A DNA stretch of 64,000 bases, from positions 1,612,001-1,676,000 of the forward strand of contig NC_081396.1 of the NCBI RefSeq assembly GCF_030684315.1, written 5' to 3'. The position numbers were made by a program, and so were the translations under genes. Positions 51,350-64,000 of this stretch are shown here, piece by piece. Position 1 is the first letter of the stretch. The number at the start of each line of letters is the position of its first letter. The DNA is from Stegostoma tigrinum. Its lineage: Eukaryota. The notes under the pieces are model-generated. The model did no database searches, was not told the DNA's origin, and saw only the letters and a program-made list of their open reading frames with translations.

Positions 51350-51652
51350 TATGTAAAATGGCAATGCTTCAGAGAAGGTGCAACAAATACAGTTGATAGA
51401 GAAACACACATGGAAATATCACAGTGGACAATCTAAAGCTTAGATAAAAGCTTACATTAAAGAAGAGAATCTAGAGAAGGGAGTTGGAATGTGGTCATTG
51501 GCGAGGGCGTGGTGAGGAGATTAACATGCTTCCAACCTCAATAGTAAATGTGTCCCCAGTAATAAAGGCATCGGTCCATGCCAGGAATGTGCAAGTGGAT
51601 AGGATCTGAGCTGCACAGTGATGGTAACTGCTTGCATAATTTCACAGGAATT
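51350..51652 (+). pseudogene. Degenerate V relic with 23-RSS
   Basis: FR1-like ASEKVQQ../GNITVD, and CACAGTG + 23 nt + ACAGGAATT at 51614-51652. Confidence 0.4.
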
Positions 51653-52048
51653 GTGATGTGTATAGAGGAATTTGAATCTCAATTATCAAGAACCATGGTT
51701 TGTCAGAAGGAGAGGCAATGTAGATCAGCGAGCTCAGGTCTGTTTATGAAAAAGATGCGCACTGATTTAAGCTATGGGCACCAATTGTTTTAGAATGATC
51801 TTTATCTTGATGTTTAGCGTCAGTTTCACATCAGAGAGTAGAGCATGTTGTGAAGAAAATTGCAATGACTCCTGTTTAAACAAATGTTTAACCCAGAAAT
51901 GGGTATTGAATAATTATCAACGATTTTGAAACAGTCCAAATTTGCATCTCAAATCTGAGAGTGGAAAATCTATGGATTAGTGGAGTTCTAGTGCCAGACT
52001 GCCTGCAGTTTTCGTTCGGACTCTGACCTCTTTTTGTATCATCTCTCG

Positions 52049-52049
52049 C

Positions 52050-52126
<77 letters not shown>
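52049..52126. repeat. (CTGT)n(CT)n compound microsatellite
   Basis: Directly visible. Confidence 0.95.
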
Positions 52127-52129
<3 letters not shown>

Positions 52130-52206
52130 CCTCCCCCCCACCCCGCCACTCTCCCCACCACACACACAAACACATGCCACACGCATCACACCACCATATC
52201 TTCCAG

Positions 52207-53094
52207 AGCAAACGCATTGACGATTATACTGTTAACCCGAGAACCCTGTGGTCTGTAGAGATGCATCACCTAGCACTAGTGGCGACAATACTGGCTGATT
52301 TCTTTTTTGTCATCACCGGGTGTCTGCTGAACAGCGTTGGTCGGCATTTATTTCACGTATAGTGTTCTCTCCACCAACCCTGGCTGAAACCTCAGTGCTG
52401 TGCTGGTCTATGCCATGCAGAATTTTTCGATCTGGTTGAGACTGATCTTCACCATCGACTCTTTTGTGGTCATCTGCAGCCAGAGTTTGAAGCCTGGACG
52501 TTGCATGGTGAAAAGTCCATCTCTGGTCATCAGGCTGATCTGTGCCCTGTTTGATATCAGAAGCAGACCTGTATATTTCATCTACAAGCCCTGACCTATG
52601 TTGGATACACTGCCATGATACTGAAGTGTCAAGACAATCTACTGTACTTCACCCACTTGGCAGGTCTATCGAAATTTAAATCATACCTTAATGTTTTTTC
52701 TCCCCTTGCTCCTTAGATTCCTGTCCAACACCCTTACTGTAAGACACATCTTAATGGCCAGCATATCCCGCAAGAGACTCTGAGATGGCATGATTTATGG
52801 AGTCCCGGAGATAGCCAGCTGCAGGAGATCCATTATCCTGCTGTTTGCCATCCGAATCAGGTTCCTCCTCTTTTTGGTCACCTATATTGGACGTTTTCTG
52901 CGCAGAATGGTTACTGGTGACTAGTGTGTTGGCAAACAGAATTTCAACGATACCAAGTAAATCTTCAAGTGGTGACCAGCATGCTTAACTTACTTAGCTC
53001 CTGCAACAACATCTTCACCTATGTGGTATCACAGACCATGTACTGAGAGAAATTCAAGAAAATACTGAATGTTCACTGCATCATAAAACAGTAG
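52207..53094 (+). pseudogene. Class A GPCR pseudogene, GPR139/GPR142-like
   Basis: Fragments ANALTIILLTREPCGL*RCIT, LVATILADFFFVI (TM2), SIWLRLIFTIDSFVVICSQSLK (TM3, DRF-like), YFIYKP, LSNTLTVRHILMAS, RRSIILLFAI and MLNLLSSCNNIFTYVVSQT (TM7). Stops and frameshifts present. Confidence 0.82.
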
Positions 53095-55545
53095 ACAAAC
53101 AATAACAGTTAAACATCTTGACAGTATTCCCTTTCATTGAGGGCAGTTCAGTCAATAGTGCTCTCTTCCCGAATCAGAAATTATTTGTTTCAGGTCCCCC
53201 TTTAAAACTGTTAGAGACATTCTCCAGTGTTAGCAGTTCACTGTAACCAGGTCTGAAGGAATATCAAACTATTGGACAGGTGGTCGTCCATTATAAAATG
53301 GCCCGTGTCGGCTCCTTCAGATGGTACATGTAAGATTTCATCGCTCCTATTTCACAATAAACAGAACGTTTTCTCCATCACCCTGGTCAGTCACCATCCT
53401 TCATTTAATAACAGTGAGAGTTTTTATTCTTCTTATCAGCCTCAATCTTTTTTCCCATCATATTCTACATATGCATTGCCATTTTCTTTCTGACAATGTG
53501 ACTGAAAATTACTGAATTGACTGGAAAGTGCTTAATTAATAACCCCTTCCTCCCTTCCTTGCTTCTTTCCTTCATTTATTCATTATTTCATCCCTTTGTT
53601 CCTTCATTTTTTTTCCTTCTTCCATCTGGCTTTTCCCTTACAAGTCCACTTTCTCGTCCTGAAAAACACAGTGCTACATCATGAACACGCAGCTCCTTTA
53701 AGGCGTCTGAACATACGATTCATAACCACTTGTTTTCTCCTGTGATGTACTGTTTAAGTAAGAGCAATTGTAACCCTCCAGGAAAAAACAACTTACAATC
53801 CTGCCATATAAACAGGACCAAACCATTTCACAGAACGTGATGTGGTCTGAAGAAAACAGCCATGATTCAACAAAGTGGAAGGAAAGTCTTAAAAAGGAAG
53901 ACACGAGTTGGGAATTATCACAAATATGGTATATTCCACTATTTTTATGACGTTTCAGCAGCAGAATGCCACAATTCCAGAAAAAAGAAAAGAATTAATG
54001 GAGGATAGACATTGTTCCGTGCACTTTCCCTTCTCATTAATAGTTGTCACTGCTGGAAATTTGCCAATGTAAACTTGCTTTTAATCTGGATTCCATCATA
54101 CATTTTCGGGACCATTAATGGATAATGTGAAGACGGAGTTGTGATCTGCGTGGAACAAGAAACATCCTGAACAGTCTTGACCTGGCTGAGGCTAAGATGA
54201 TGTTTTCACTCCTCGGGGCACCTGGAACTATGTGAAATTTATAAGTCCGAGAAGCCTTGCAGGCCACCTACAGATATGAGTGGGCTAGCTTACTCTCAGA
54301 GGATCTTGCGCCTTTAGCAGCCCTTTCCACAGCGGTCAGCCAAGGTTTGTCCACCAATATATTCAGGGGTGACCTGGAGAGAATTTTGATTTGCAACATG
54401 GAAATGTATTTTGTGGACAATCAGGAAATTTAAGCACATGTCACAGCCAGGGGATTTGAAACTTCGCAGGATGCAGATTTGCACTGAAGGGTTGAATGAC
54501 TTCCTTTCCTATTCCTTAACATCTTTTCCTTTCGACTGGATAGAGAAAACAAATTAATCGATTTTAATTTTCAAGTTTCCTCTACCGAACTGTCATTCCT
54601 GCAGTGAATTCTAAACACAATTAAATCTCTTTAGAAAGAGTATCTTTCCCGAAAGATATTTTCTGTGATACAGGATATGGATCATATTATATGAAATCCC
54701 CCATTGTACCAATTGTCTGCATTATTCATGGTCAGTGAGCAATAATTATAACGGTAAACTCTGGCATTGATGCAACAAAAACGTTCACTGTTTCCCACAA
54801 CTGGCCTAAATGAGAGGTGCTGACCATGTTGAATGACCAAAATGGAGATCGCGCCTCATCAAGTAACATTCCGTAACCCAATTTGTCGTGGTTGTTCGGC
54901 CTCGAAGTTTATTTCAAACTTATTTCTGTAAGTTAGTAGACATAAATGGAAATTAGGGATTGGTGACAGTGTAGGAAAATGGGTGTGAGGCAAATAAACC
55001 CAAGTGAATGAATGAATATTTTCGAAAGACCAAATTGATTCTTCCAGCTCTTCTTCGTTGTATTGCATTGATGTGCTCTTGAATGACATCGACTGGGGTG
55101 TACAGAAGTTGAGAACTGATTGGGTGTCATTTGGTGGCTCTGTCAGAAATAAGCAATCGATGAGGAGACCAAATATGACACAATATTTGTGCAGCTCTGT
55201 GCTGAAATATTTCACATGCAGCTCCTTCTCTTCAAAACTACAATCAGCTCTGAGCTGAAATAATTTAACATCAGCTCCCTCTGCTCTGTTGTAGTATCAC
55301 CTCTGCAAACACGTTGCTTGTTACATTTTAGTCATTAAGGAGAGGTTTATCTCACTTCAATGGCAAGTTCATCAAATAAGAAATAATCAGCATGCACACT
55401 GTATTGACAAACTAATTTTTCCTGAAACTGTTTTCTCTCTATTTCAAACATTTTCTCTAACCTCAATAACACAATTCAAATTAAAAAAATAACATAAGAA
55501 ACGACTTTATTTTCGTTCAAATTTGTGCAAGTACTAATTATACAG

Positions 55546-55839
55546 GCTCAGTATGAAAGTAGCTTGCTACAAAAGCAAGGTTTGAAGGGGACTCGCTGAC
55601 CACATTCAGTTTAGACTGTCTTTCAAAGCACCTGATTCAAATTCCTTCCAATTGTATCGTCAATACTCCGACATTCTTGATCCACGTCATGAAACAGCCT
55701 TTACTTTCCACATCACTGGAAACTTCGAATATTGAGGGGAATTTCACCTTCGGGGAGCTGGGGTGTTTGACAGTGCAACTTTTTACTGCTGTTTGAGAGA
55801 GATAGTGACAGGGAACACGGGGAGACCAGCACTAAAAAA
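55546..55839 (+). pseudogene. TCR V pseudogene with degenerate 23-RSS
   Basis: Reads RFEGDSLT..DC../SNSFQLYRQYSD..GVFDSATFYCCLR. RSS is GATAGTG + 23 nt + ACTAAAAAA (55801-55839). Confidence 0.75.
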
Positions 55840-56914
55840 ACACTTTGCTCACATCAGCAATGTGGGCACAATAGTGGTGGTGGTTGGGGCTTGGAAGCTT
55901 CGGAGCTGGATACGCACATGGCATACTGACTGCATAGAAACTTGGAATTTCTACTTGTTTCCCTGAAAACCACTGAACGAAACATATCTAAATATTTAAC
56001 AAGCAGTTCTTCACATCGAGCAGCGTGGATCTTGCAGCTACTCCTGAGATTGCAGGCTTACGATGAGATTGATTATCATGCCATGCTACTTGGTATATTT
56101 CAGTAATATAAGATTTTTATTTATTTTGTATTTATAATGTTAAAAAGCAAAACACACAAATAAAAGCAAATGCAAGAATTTTCATTTTCAAATGGAGGTT
56201 TTCTTTTTTTTAAAAAAACGAGGTTTTTAACGTCCGAAGTATTTTGCAAAATGTTGAAGCTTTCAAAAAAACTCTTTGTGTTTTATGGAGAGTTTTCTTT
56301 TCTTTCAACAGCCCAGGCAGTTTTCTTATTTTCGACAAGAGTTCTTTAATTTTTCATTTACGCGATTGACAAACCTTGTCAGCTCTGCAGAACACTTTTC
56401 TTTTATTCGGGGAATTCTTTGAAGGACAGTCATTTAAATGAAGTTAATCAGCTAAGCGCTTGGTTTTTCATGTTTGTTTTTCTTTTCTGTATTTTAACCT
56501 TATAATCTGAAAGCAATGTAAAGTATTTTATGTTATGTATATGGTGTTAACGAATGTTCTTTTGTTTACTGTTAATGTTATGCAGGACATTTAACAGAAC
56601 AGAATGTGATGGTTAGTAAAATTGCAAAAGTGAATGCACTAAAGGACCAGTCAGATACATGAGTGACTGTTAGGTAAGGTAAGAAATTAGTCCAAAATTC
56701 TCAAGTGTTATTTCTCTATCAAATAGGCATTCAGATTTGAGAACTATTGGAATGGTTTGTTTGCCTGGGGAAAGTAGAAGGGGCTGTCAGTTGTTTTGTT
56801 CTCAGAATGATTCTTATGTTAGGTAGTGTTTGAGAAAATTTAAAATAATGACTTTTGAAACGGAATTGCCCTGACAGCGCCAAAGATAGATATTCTGCAT
56901 CAGTGAGCGTAAAT

Positions 56915-59900
56915 TTCGGATGATATGTCACTTTCCCAGAGCTGGGATTAAGGACATCTCTACATGTTTCAACCATATTTCTGCAGGGGAGGGTGAAAAG
57001 CCGACATTATTGAGGACATTTATAGAGGAAAGATTTTTTAGGGAAATGATTAAAGCTATAGAGAACGAATGGATGAGATTAATTAGAATGTTAAAAAAAT
57101 AAAACCTTAAAAGCATTAATAATGGCCAAACGTGAATAATGGAAGGAACACAAAGACAAAGAAGATAAATCAATGGCGAAAGAGCTGTTGTATTGTTCAA
57201 AGATTCGGGATTTTTGGACAGTTGCAATGTGCTCTGGGTTAGAAATGATCTGTTCATAAAGGATATGTTTAACGCGAATTGAAAAGTGGCAAATACCTTT
57301 ATGGAGAGATTTACACATTTGTCAAGGGAGACTTTATACTGCTGGGGTGGGGGCTGGTGGAATTCTAAGTAGAAGTGTAAATAGAAAGATTGACGAGAAA
57401 AGATCTGAATGTGGCAAGGGCAAGACAATTAGAAATGAAAGGCAAGAGAAAGCCAGAGAACAAAGAAATTCTGAAGAAGGTGTCTGACGGGCTATGTTGA
57501 TTAATTCAGGGCATGCTTAGGAGCATGTGATTGGGGCGTCATAGTTACTACAGAAATTTGGCGGAAGGATGGACAGGGCTGACAGCTCAATATTCCGGGT
57601 TTTGGATGGTGTATGAAGGACAGACAGGTAGGCAAAAGAGGAAGGGAAACAGCATTTATGAGCAAACAAAATATTGCCGCTGTAAGTATTGAAGATATTT
57701 CTGAAAAATCGACCAACAATTTGAGCAATATTTAGAAATATGAATGGAATGACCACCCTTATGTTTTTTTTTATATGCTCCCAATAGTCAAAGAGAAATT
57801 GACAAGCAGATGTATAGGGAGATCTCAAAGATATGTCAGCATAACGAGGTCGCAATAATGGAGATTTTAAGTTCCCAAACTTTGACAAAATCAATCCTAG
57901 TGGAAGAGGTTTGGATGGTGAAAAATTTATTAATTGAGTTCAAGAACACTGACTGTATCAATATTTGGATGTTTCTAATAGAGAAGCAGCAAAGCCTGGA
58001 TTCTTTTCGGGAAAAAAAACAGATAAGGTGACTGGAGTGAAAATGCTTCGACACATTGGGCCTCGTGATCCTAACTTTATGAGGATATAATTGGTTACGG
58101 AAAGGTTTAAGCTTTCCATAAAAGTTAAATCTTTTATTTGCAGGGAGGAAAATTTTAATGGCATGAGCAAAGAACCTTCAAAAGTTGATTGGAGTAGACG
58201 GCTCGCAGCTGTAAAAATGTCTGCCAATTGAGAGATTTTCAAAAGTGTGATCACGATAATTCAGTGGCATAATGCTTCTATTAGTGTGAAGGGTGATGCT
58301 GGGAAGATCAAGGAACAATGTATCAAGTAAGGTATTGACGTAATAGTCAAATAATTCAAAAATAGTTAAATATAAGCAACTGAATTCAAATTTATTTCTT
58401 TATCGATGTAAAAAAAGAATGAAATGTATTCGAAGCAAGGAAATCAGAAAGGGGTAGATATCAGATAACCATGGCAGATAATATTAAATATGATTCAAAT
58501 AGGTTTTATAAGTACTTTAACAGTAAGAGTGTAACTGTGGAGTAGTAGGGGCTCTTTAAGATCAAATAAGTCGTCTTGGTGTTGAATCACAGGAGATGAG
58601 AAAGATATTATATGAACATTTCGCGTCAGTTTTCGAGATAGGAATGCAGGCTAGATAACTCAGAGAGTTAAATATTGATATTATAACAAGAGTTCACATC
58701 ACAAAAGAGGAAATCTTGAGAGTCTTGGTGAATATAAAGGTGGATGTACCTCCGGGAACTGAAGTTCTGTTCATCAAAACTTGAAGCATGGAAGAGAATT
58801 GTGGGTGCCCTTCCAGAAATATTTCCATCATCTATAACAATGTGAGTGATGCCTGATGGCTGGAGAATGTTTAAGAAAGTTTGTAGGAGAAATCAGAGAA
58901 TTATAGACTTGTGTGCCTCACTTCGGTTTTGTGTAATTTTTTGCAAGTGATTCAGAAAGATAATATTCTGAAATATTTAGAGAAACAATATTTTATTATG
59001 TATAGCCAGCATGCCTTTGTGTGATGAAAACTGTGCCACATATGATAGATTGGGATTTTTTGAGGAATTACCAAAAGTTGATGAAGGCAGAGCAGAATAC
59101 ATTGTTTACATGGACGTAATTGAAGCAATTGATATGGTTGCACATTTTGGGCTAATGTATAAAATAAATCACATTGCATTCAAATTGAACTTGCCAGTTG
59201 GATATATAATTGGCTTAATGGCAGGTGGCAAGAAGTGGTGCTTTCATGGTGGTTTTGGGCTGGAAGCCGCATCACGAGCAGAATTCCAAAGGGATCTACT
59301 TCAGATCCTTTTGTTTTTGTCACTTGTTTCAGAGATTTGGCTGAGAACATAGACAGCATCGTCAGTAGTTTTATGGACGGCACCAAAAGCAGTGGCATAG
59401 ATTTTCGAGGAGTATAAAGAGATATTTATCAAAAGTTTCTATGGACTGAAAAAATGGCAGATGGAGTTCAACGTGGATAAATGCGTGGTGCTGAAATATC
59501 GTGCAACAAACAGGGTCAGAAATTATGCACAATTTGCACGCCTTGGGTAACTAGATTCCATAGAGGGAGCTACAGCTTCATTTATATAATTCTTTGAGGC
59601 TTTCAAGGCAGAAAAACATATGGATAAATAAGTGTTGCCCACACTTGCCTCATTGTTCAGTCAATTGAGTATAAGATTTGTGAAATCATTTTGTCGCCAT
59701 CCAGAACAATGATGAGGCCTCTTTTGAAGGACTATGTCCCGTTCTGGTCACTCTGTTATCGGAAAAACATTATTAAGCGAGAGAGGGTGCAGAAAAAGAA
59801 AATTACATATGTTGTCTGTTATGGATGGGTTGAATTATAAACAAAGGTTTGATGTGCTAGGACACTTTTCGTGGGACGGTAAGAGGGTGAGAGGTGACAG

Positions 59901-60920
59901 ACAGGGTCAATGGAAGATTCGCTTTCCGTCGGAAAGGGAGGGGATCAAGACGAGGCGGGCATATTTTTAAAGCGATTGGAGAGAGATTTAAACAACTTTT
60001 ATAAAAAAGATTTACATAAATACATGAAAAGGATTTTTTGGTGTCAAAATTTCCAGTAGCATTCAGGTGAACAAAGAACAAATAAAATTAAAGAACTGGA
60101 ACAGGCCATTCGGCCCTTCAACCCTGCGCTGATCCAGATCCTCTATCTAAATCTGTCGACTATTTACCAAGGACCTTTATCCCTCTGCTCCATGCCCACT
60201 CATGTATCTGTCTAGATACGTCGTAAATGGTGCCATTATGCCCGCCTCTACCATCTCCGCTCGCAAAGTGCTCCAGGCACCCACCACCCTCTGTGTAAAG
60301 AACCTTTAACGCATATCTCCCCGAAGCTATTCCCCTCTCACCCTGAAATCCTGACCCCGAATAATTGTGTCCCCCACTCTGGGTAAAAAGCTTCTTGCTA
60401 TCCATCCTACGTATACCTCGCATGATTTTGTATTCCTCAAACAGGCCCTCCCTCAACCTCCATCTTTCTAATGTAAATAATCCTAATCTACTCAAACTCT
60501 CTTCATAGCGAGCACTCTCCATCCCAGGCAACATCCTGGTGAACCTCCTCTGTACCGTCTCTAAAGCATCCACATCCTTTTAGTAGTGTGGGGACAGGTG
60601 CTGTACGCAGTATTCCAAATGAGGTCGAACCGAAGTCCTATACAACTGTAACATGACCTGCCACTCTTGTACTCAACACCCTGTCCAATAAATGAAAGCA
60701 TGTCATATGTTTCTTAACCACTCTATGCACATGTGTTACCTCCTTCAGGGCACATTGGACCTGATCCCCCAGATCTCTCTGTGCATCAATTTTCCCCAGG
60801 GTTTTTTTTCCATTCACCATATAGCTCACTAAATGTGGTGCTAATTTAGTTTGGGATTATGTTCAGCATGGGCTGTATGGACTGAAAGACATGTTTCTGT
60901 GGTTTGCAACCTTGTGACTG
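56915..60920 (+). mobile_element. Old near-full-length CR1 LINE (ORF1 esterase end plus ORF2) interrupted at 60070-60825
   Basis: ORF1-like CHFPRAGIKDIS..GEGEKP, decayed endonuclease and RT motifs (FFEEL.KVDEG, FMDGTK), and a 3' end resuming after 60825. Confidence 0.7.
60070..60825 (-). mobile_element. Younger CR1 LINE 3' fragment
   Basis: DALETVQRRFTRMLPGME..LRGGL-like sequence with a ttctttgttc-type tail. Confidence 0.85.
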
Positions 60921-60971
60921 ACCGTAATTCAGGAAGTCATGCTACTTTTATAAATTAAAAGCCTTTTTAAT

Positions 60972-61885
60972 AGAGATAATGGGAACTGCAGATGCTGGAG
61001 AATCCAAGATAACAAAGTGTGAATCTGGATGAACACAGCAGGACAAGCAGCATCTCAGGAGCACAAAAGCTGACGTTTCAGGCCGAGACCATTCATCAGA
61101 AAGGGGGATGGGGTGAGGGTTCTAGAATAAATAGGGAGAGAGGGGGAGGTGGACAGAAGATGGAGAGAAAAGAAGATGGGTGGACAGGAGAGTATAGGTG
61201 GGGAGGTAGGGAGGGGGTAGGTCAGTCCAGGGAAGGCGGACAGGCCAAGGAAGTGGGATGAGGTTAGTAGGTAGGAAATGGAGGTGCGGCTAGAGGTGGG
61301 AGGAAGGGATGGTTGAGAGGAAGAACAGGTTAGGGGGCAGAGACAGGCTGGGCTGGTTTTAGGATGCAGTGGGGGGGGGGAGGGGATGACCTGGGCTGGT
61401 TGTGTGATGCAGTGGTGGGAGGCGACAAACTGGGATGGTTTTTGGAGTCCCCCGCCGCATCCCAAAACCAGCCCAGTTCGTCCCCTCCCCCCACTGCATC
61501 ACACAACCAGTCCAGCTCATTCCCTCCCCCCACTGCATCCCAAAACCAGCCCAGCCTGTCTCTGCCTCCCTCACCTGTTCTTCCTCTCACCCATCCCTTC
61601 CTCCCACCTCTAGCCACACCTCCATTTTCTATCTACTAACCTCATCCCACCTCCTTGACCTGTTCATCTTCCCTAGACTGACCTTTCCCCTCCCTACCTC
61701 CCCACCTATACTCTCCTCTCCACTTATCTTCTTTTCTCTCCACCTTCGGTCCGCCTCCCCCTCTCTCCCTATTTATTCCAGAACCCTCACCCCATCCCCC
61801 TTTCTGATGAAGGGTCTAGGCCCCAATCGTCAGCTTTTGTGCTCCTGAGATGCTGCTGGGCCTGCTGTGCTCATCCAGCTTCACG
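60972..61885. repeat. About 0.9-kb palindrome of two Penelope-type 3' termini
   Basis: 60972-61446 is the diverged reverse complement of 61458-61885. It has internal subrepeats of about 40 bp and a hammerhead-like motif in each arm. Confidence 0.9.
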
Positions 61886-63029
61886 CCTTTTTAACAAAAT
61901 AGCTTCCAAAATATCTGACGTGCCTTCGTTTTCCAATTAGTCAAATCTATTCAACAACATCTGGACAGAACTGCACAGTAACGGAGAAAAAAGAAATTTC
62001 TATTTTTTATTATCACAAAACCTTATTTGGTGAGTTCTGACTTCAAAAATTCATTCTAATTCTCCTGTAACATAATTCTTATTTTGTCACTCAGGCTTTT
62101 AGTATTCCATACACTTTCTGGTGAAGTCTTCCAAGGAATATCCACACCTGTCCATTCATATTATTGCCTTTAATTACACCGTTCATTATCTTTTCACTAT
62201 TGTAAAGTCATCAGCACGATTACCTGCTATCTTCGCATCAGTAAAGAATGGAACCCAAGCCTACTAACGTTTAGAATTTCTAAACTTTAGCATCATTCCC
62301 AAGCATTGTTTTTCCTTTGTATTGTGTGCCCCTTTAGTTTCCTAAGAAGGAAGAGAACAGAAGTGCACTAAATAACCCAAGTGTGTTTAAATTCAGTTTG
62401 GATACTTGAATAAAAAAGTACTAATTTTCACAAATTTGTAACTCCAGTGGCTTAAGCAAGAACCTAATTGAAGTTTCAATTGTGACCAAGGATGACAATC
62501 ACCCAGAATAAAAAGAGGAGGAGAGACATGCTGCAGTTTCTCTGGTGTATCAGCGATATTTTTGTGTCTCAGAAAACTACAGGCAAGAAAAGTCTGATTG
62601 CATTGGCTTAATTTTATCTGAAGTTTCTTCCTGCGGATCATGGAGCGTGATTATATGTATTTGACGGTCGGATGGTATTGATAACCATAATTCAGAGAAG
62701 TGAAACATGAATTGTGCACTCTGTCGACTTATGAAAAGATAGTTAAAAAGAGGGAGTTTGTCCTGACAGGCAATCTGATCGCTCACTGAGTTTAGAATCA
62801 ACTTGATATGTAAACGATAGGAGATACCGATTAATCTCCCCTTGGCCTTACAGATAACTTGATCTGGAAATGACCTCCAGCATCGGCAGTTCCTACTATC
62901 TCTGAAAGAAAATAAGAACTTAACAGTTTAATGGCCTCCGCGGAGTAGTTTGAGTGAAAGAAATAATGTTTATCTTTGCGCTGGAGTCAAAGAGATGTAC
63001 AACATGAAAGTTGATACTCTGGTCCAACT

Positions 63030-63920
63030 CTTCTATGCCGAATATCTGTTCTAAATGAAACAACGACAGTTGCCAGCAATTGTTCCACATCCCTCTAAAT
63101 TCTTTCACTTTATATCCCCAATTTAGATGCTTTTATAGTATTGTAATTGTACCAAAATTCACCACATGCTCTGGTTGCTCTTTCAATTTAAGATCGAGCT
63201 TCTACATGAAAAAGTTACCGTTAATGTTCCTTCTAATATTTCCCCCTCACCTTAAATATGTGCCCTCTAATGTTGGACTCTGCTTTCCTGGGTTAAATAT
63301 CTTGAATATTCAAGCTATCTTTGCCCGTCTTGACTTTATAAACTCCTATCAGATCACCTCGAGTCTCCAAAGTTCCTGAGAAAATAATTTGAGCCTATAC
63401 AGACTCTGGCCATATCTCAAACCGTCCAAACCTGACAATTTTTTTCTGAATATTTTCTGAACGTTTTCAAGTTTCACAGTACATTTCCTATTGCAGGGAA
63501 ACCAGAATTGAAGTCAGTGCTCCAAAAGTGGACGAACACATGTCCTCTGCAGCCATAACATGATCTCCCAACTCCTTTTATCAATGTACTTTCGAATAAA
63601 GGCAGGCGTGCCAAATTCCTTCTTCATTAAGCTATCTACTTGCAACTGTACTTTCAGACAACTAGGAACTTCGAACCCAAAGTGTCTTTGGTCACCAAGA
63701 ACTTAACCATTATGTGTATACTCCTGCCTGATTTGTACGACCAATGTGTTGAGCCTAACATCTTTCTAGATTAATCTCCACCTGCCATGCCACAGTTTAT
63801 GTGCCCATCTGATCAAGGTTCCATTGGTCCCTGAGGTAATCCTCTTCGTTGCCTATTACACCACCAATTTTGTTGTCGTCTGCTAACTTTATTAACCATA
63901 CCTCCTGTTTTCAAGTCCAT
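63030..63920 (-). mobile_element. Decayed CR1 LINE 3' portion
   Basis: Collinear by eye with other CR1 copies, for example aaagttagcagacgacaac (KFADD). Confidence 0.7.
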
Positions 63921-64000
63921 AATTTGAATGTTGTTATTCCAACTGTTCTCCCTGTTCGTGTTGCAATTCTGCAGCATATCGATGCTGAACACAAACGTCT

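Noticed and set aside
53667-53705. CACAGTG heptamer (also near 51420 and 19233)
   Set aside because: No nonamer at 12 or 23 spacing and no adjacent coding segment.
1-64000. D, J or C segments, NAR-TCR cassettes, CRISPR arrays, rRNA or tRNA genes
   Set aside because: I found no FGxG J motif with a 12-RSS, no C1-set exon and no repeat-spacer array by eye. tRNA-like sequence occurs only as SINE heads.

Overview
This is AT-rich vertebrate genomic DNA, almost certainly from a cartilaginous fish (shark), judged by its HE1/V-SINE-like, DeuSINE-like, CR1 and Penelope repeats. The window lies in the V-gene array of a rearranging antigen-receptor locus, most consistent with TCR alpha/delta. Segments have a leader exon, a phase-1 intron, a V exon and a 23-bp-spacer RSS; no D, J or C segments were seen. 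Two V genes look intact (8658-9067 minus; 38642-39720 plus). A third has an open frame but no recognisable RSS (41840-42377 minus). At least seven clear V pseudogenes, mostly missing from the ORF track, and several fainter relics lie in both orientations and partly form a duplicated convergent cassette. Also present are a GPR139/142-like GPCR pseudogene, nested CR1 LINEs and Penelope-like (GIY-YIG) remnants. Penelope-type termini carry minimal hammerhead-ribozyme motifs, as a near-perfect 213-bp tandem triplet and as head-to-head palindromes. All alignments were made by eye and repeat boundaries are approximate.
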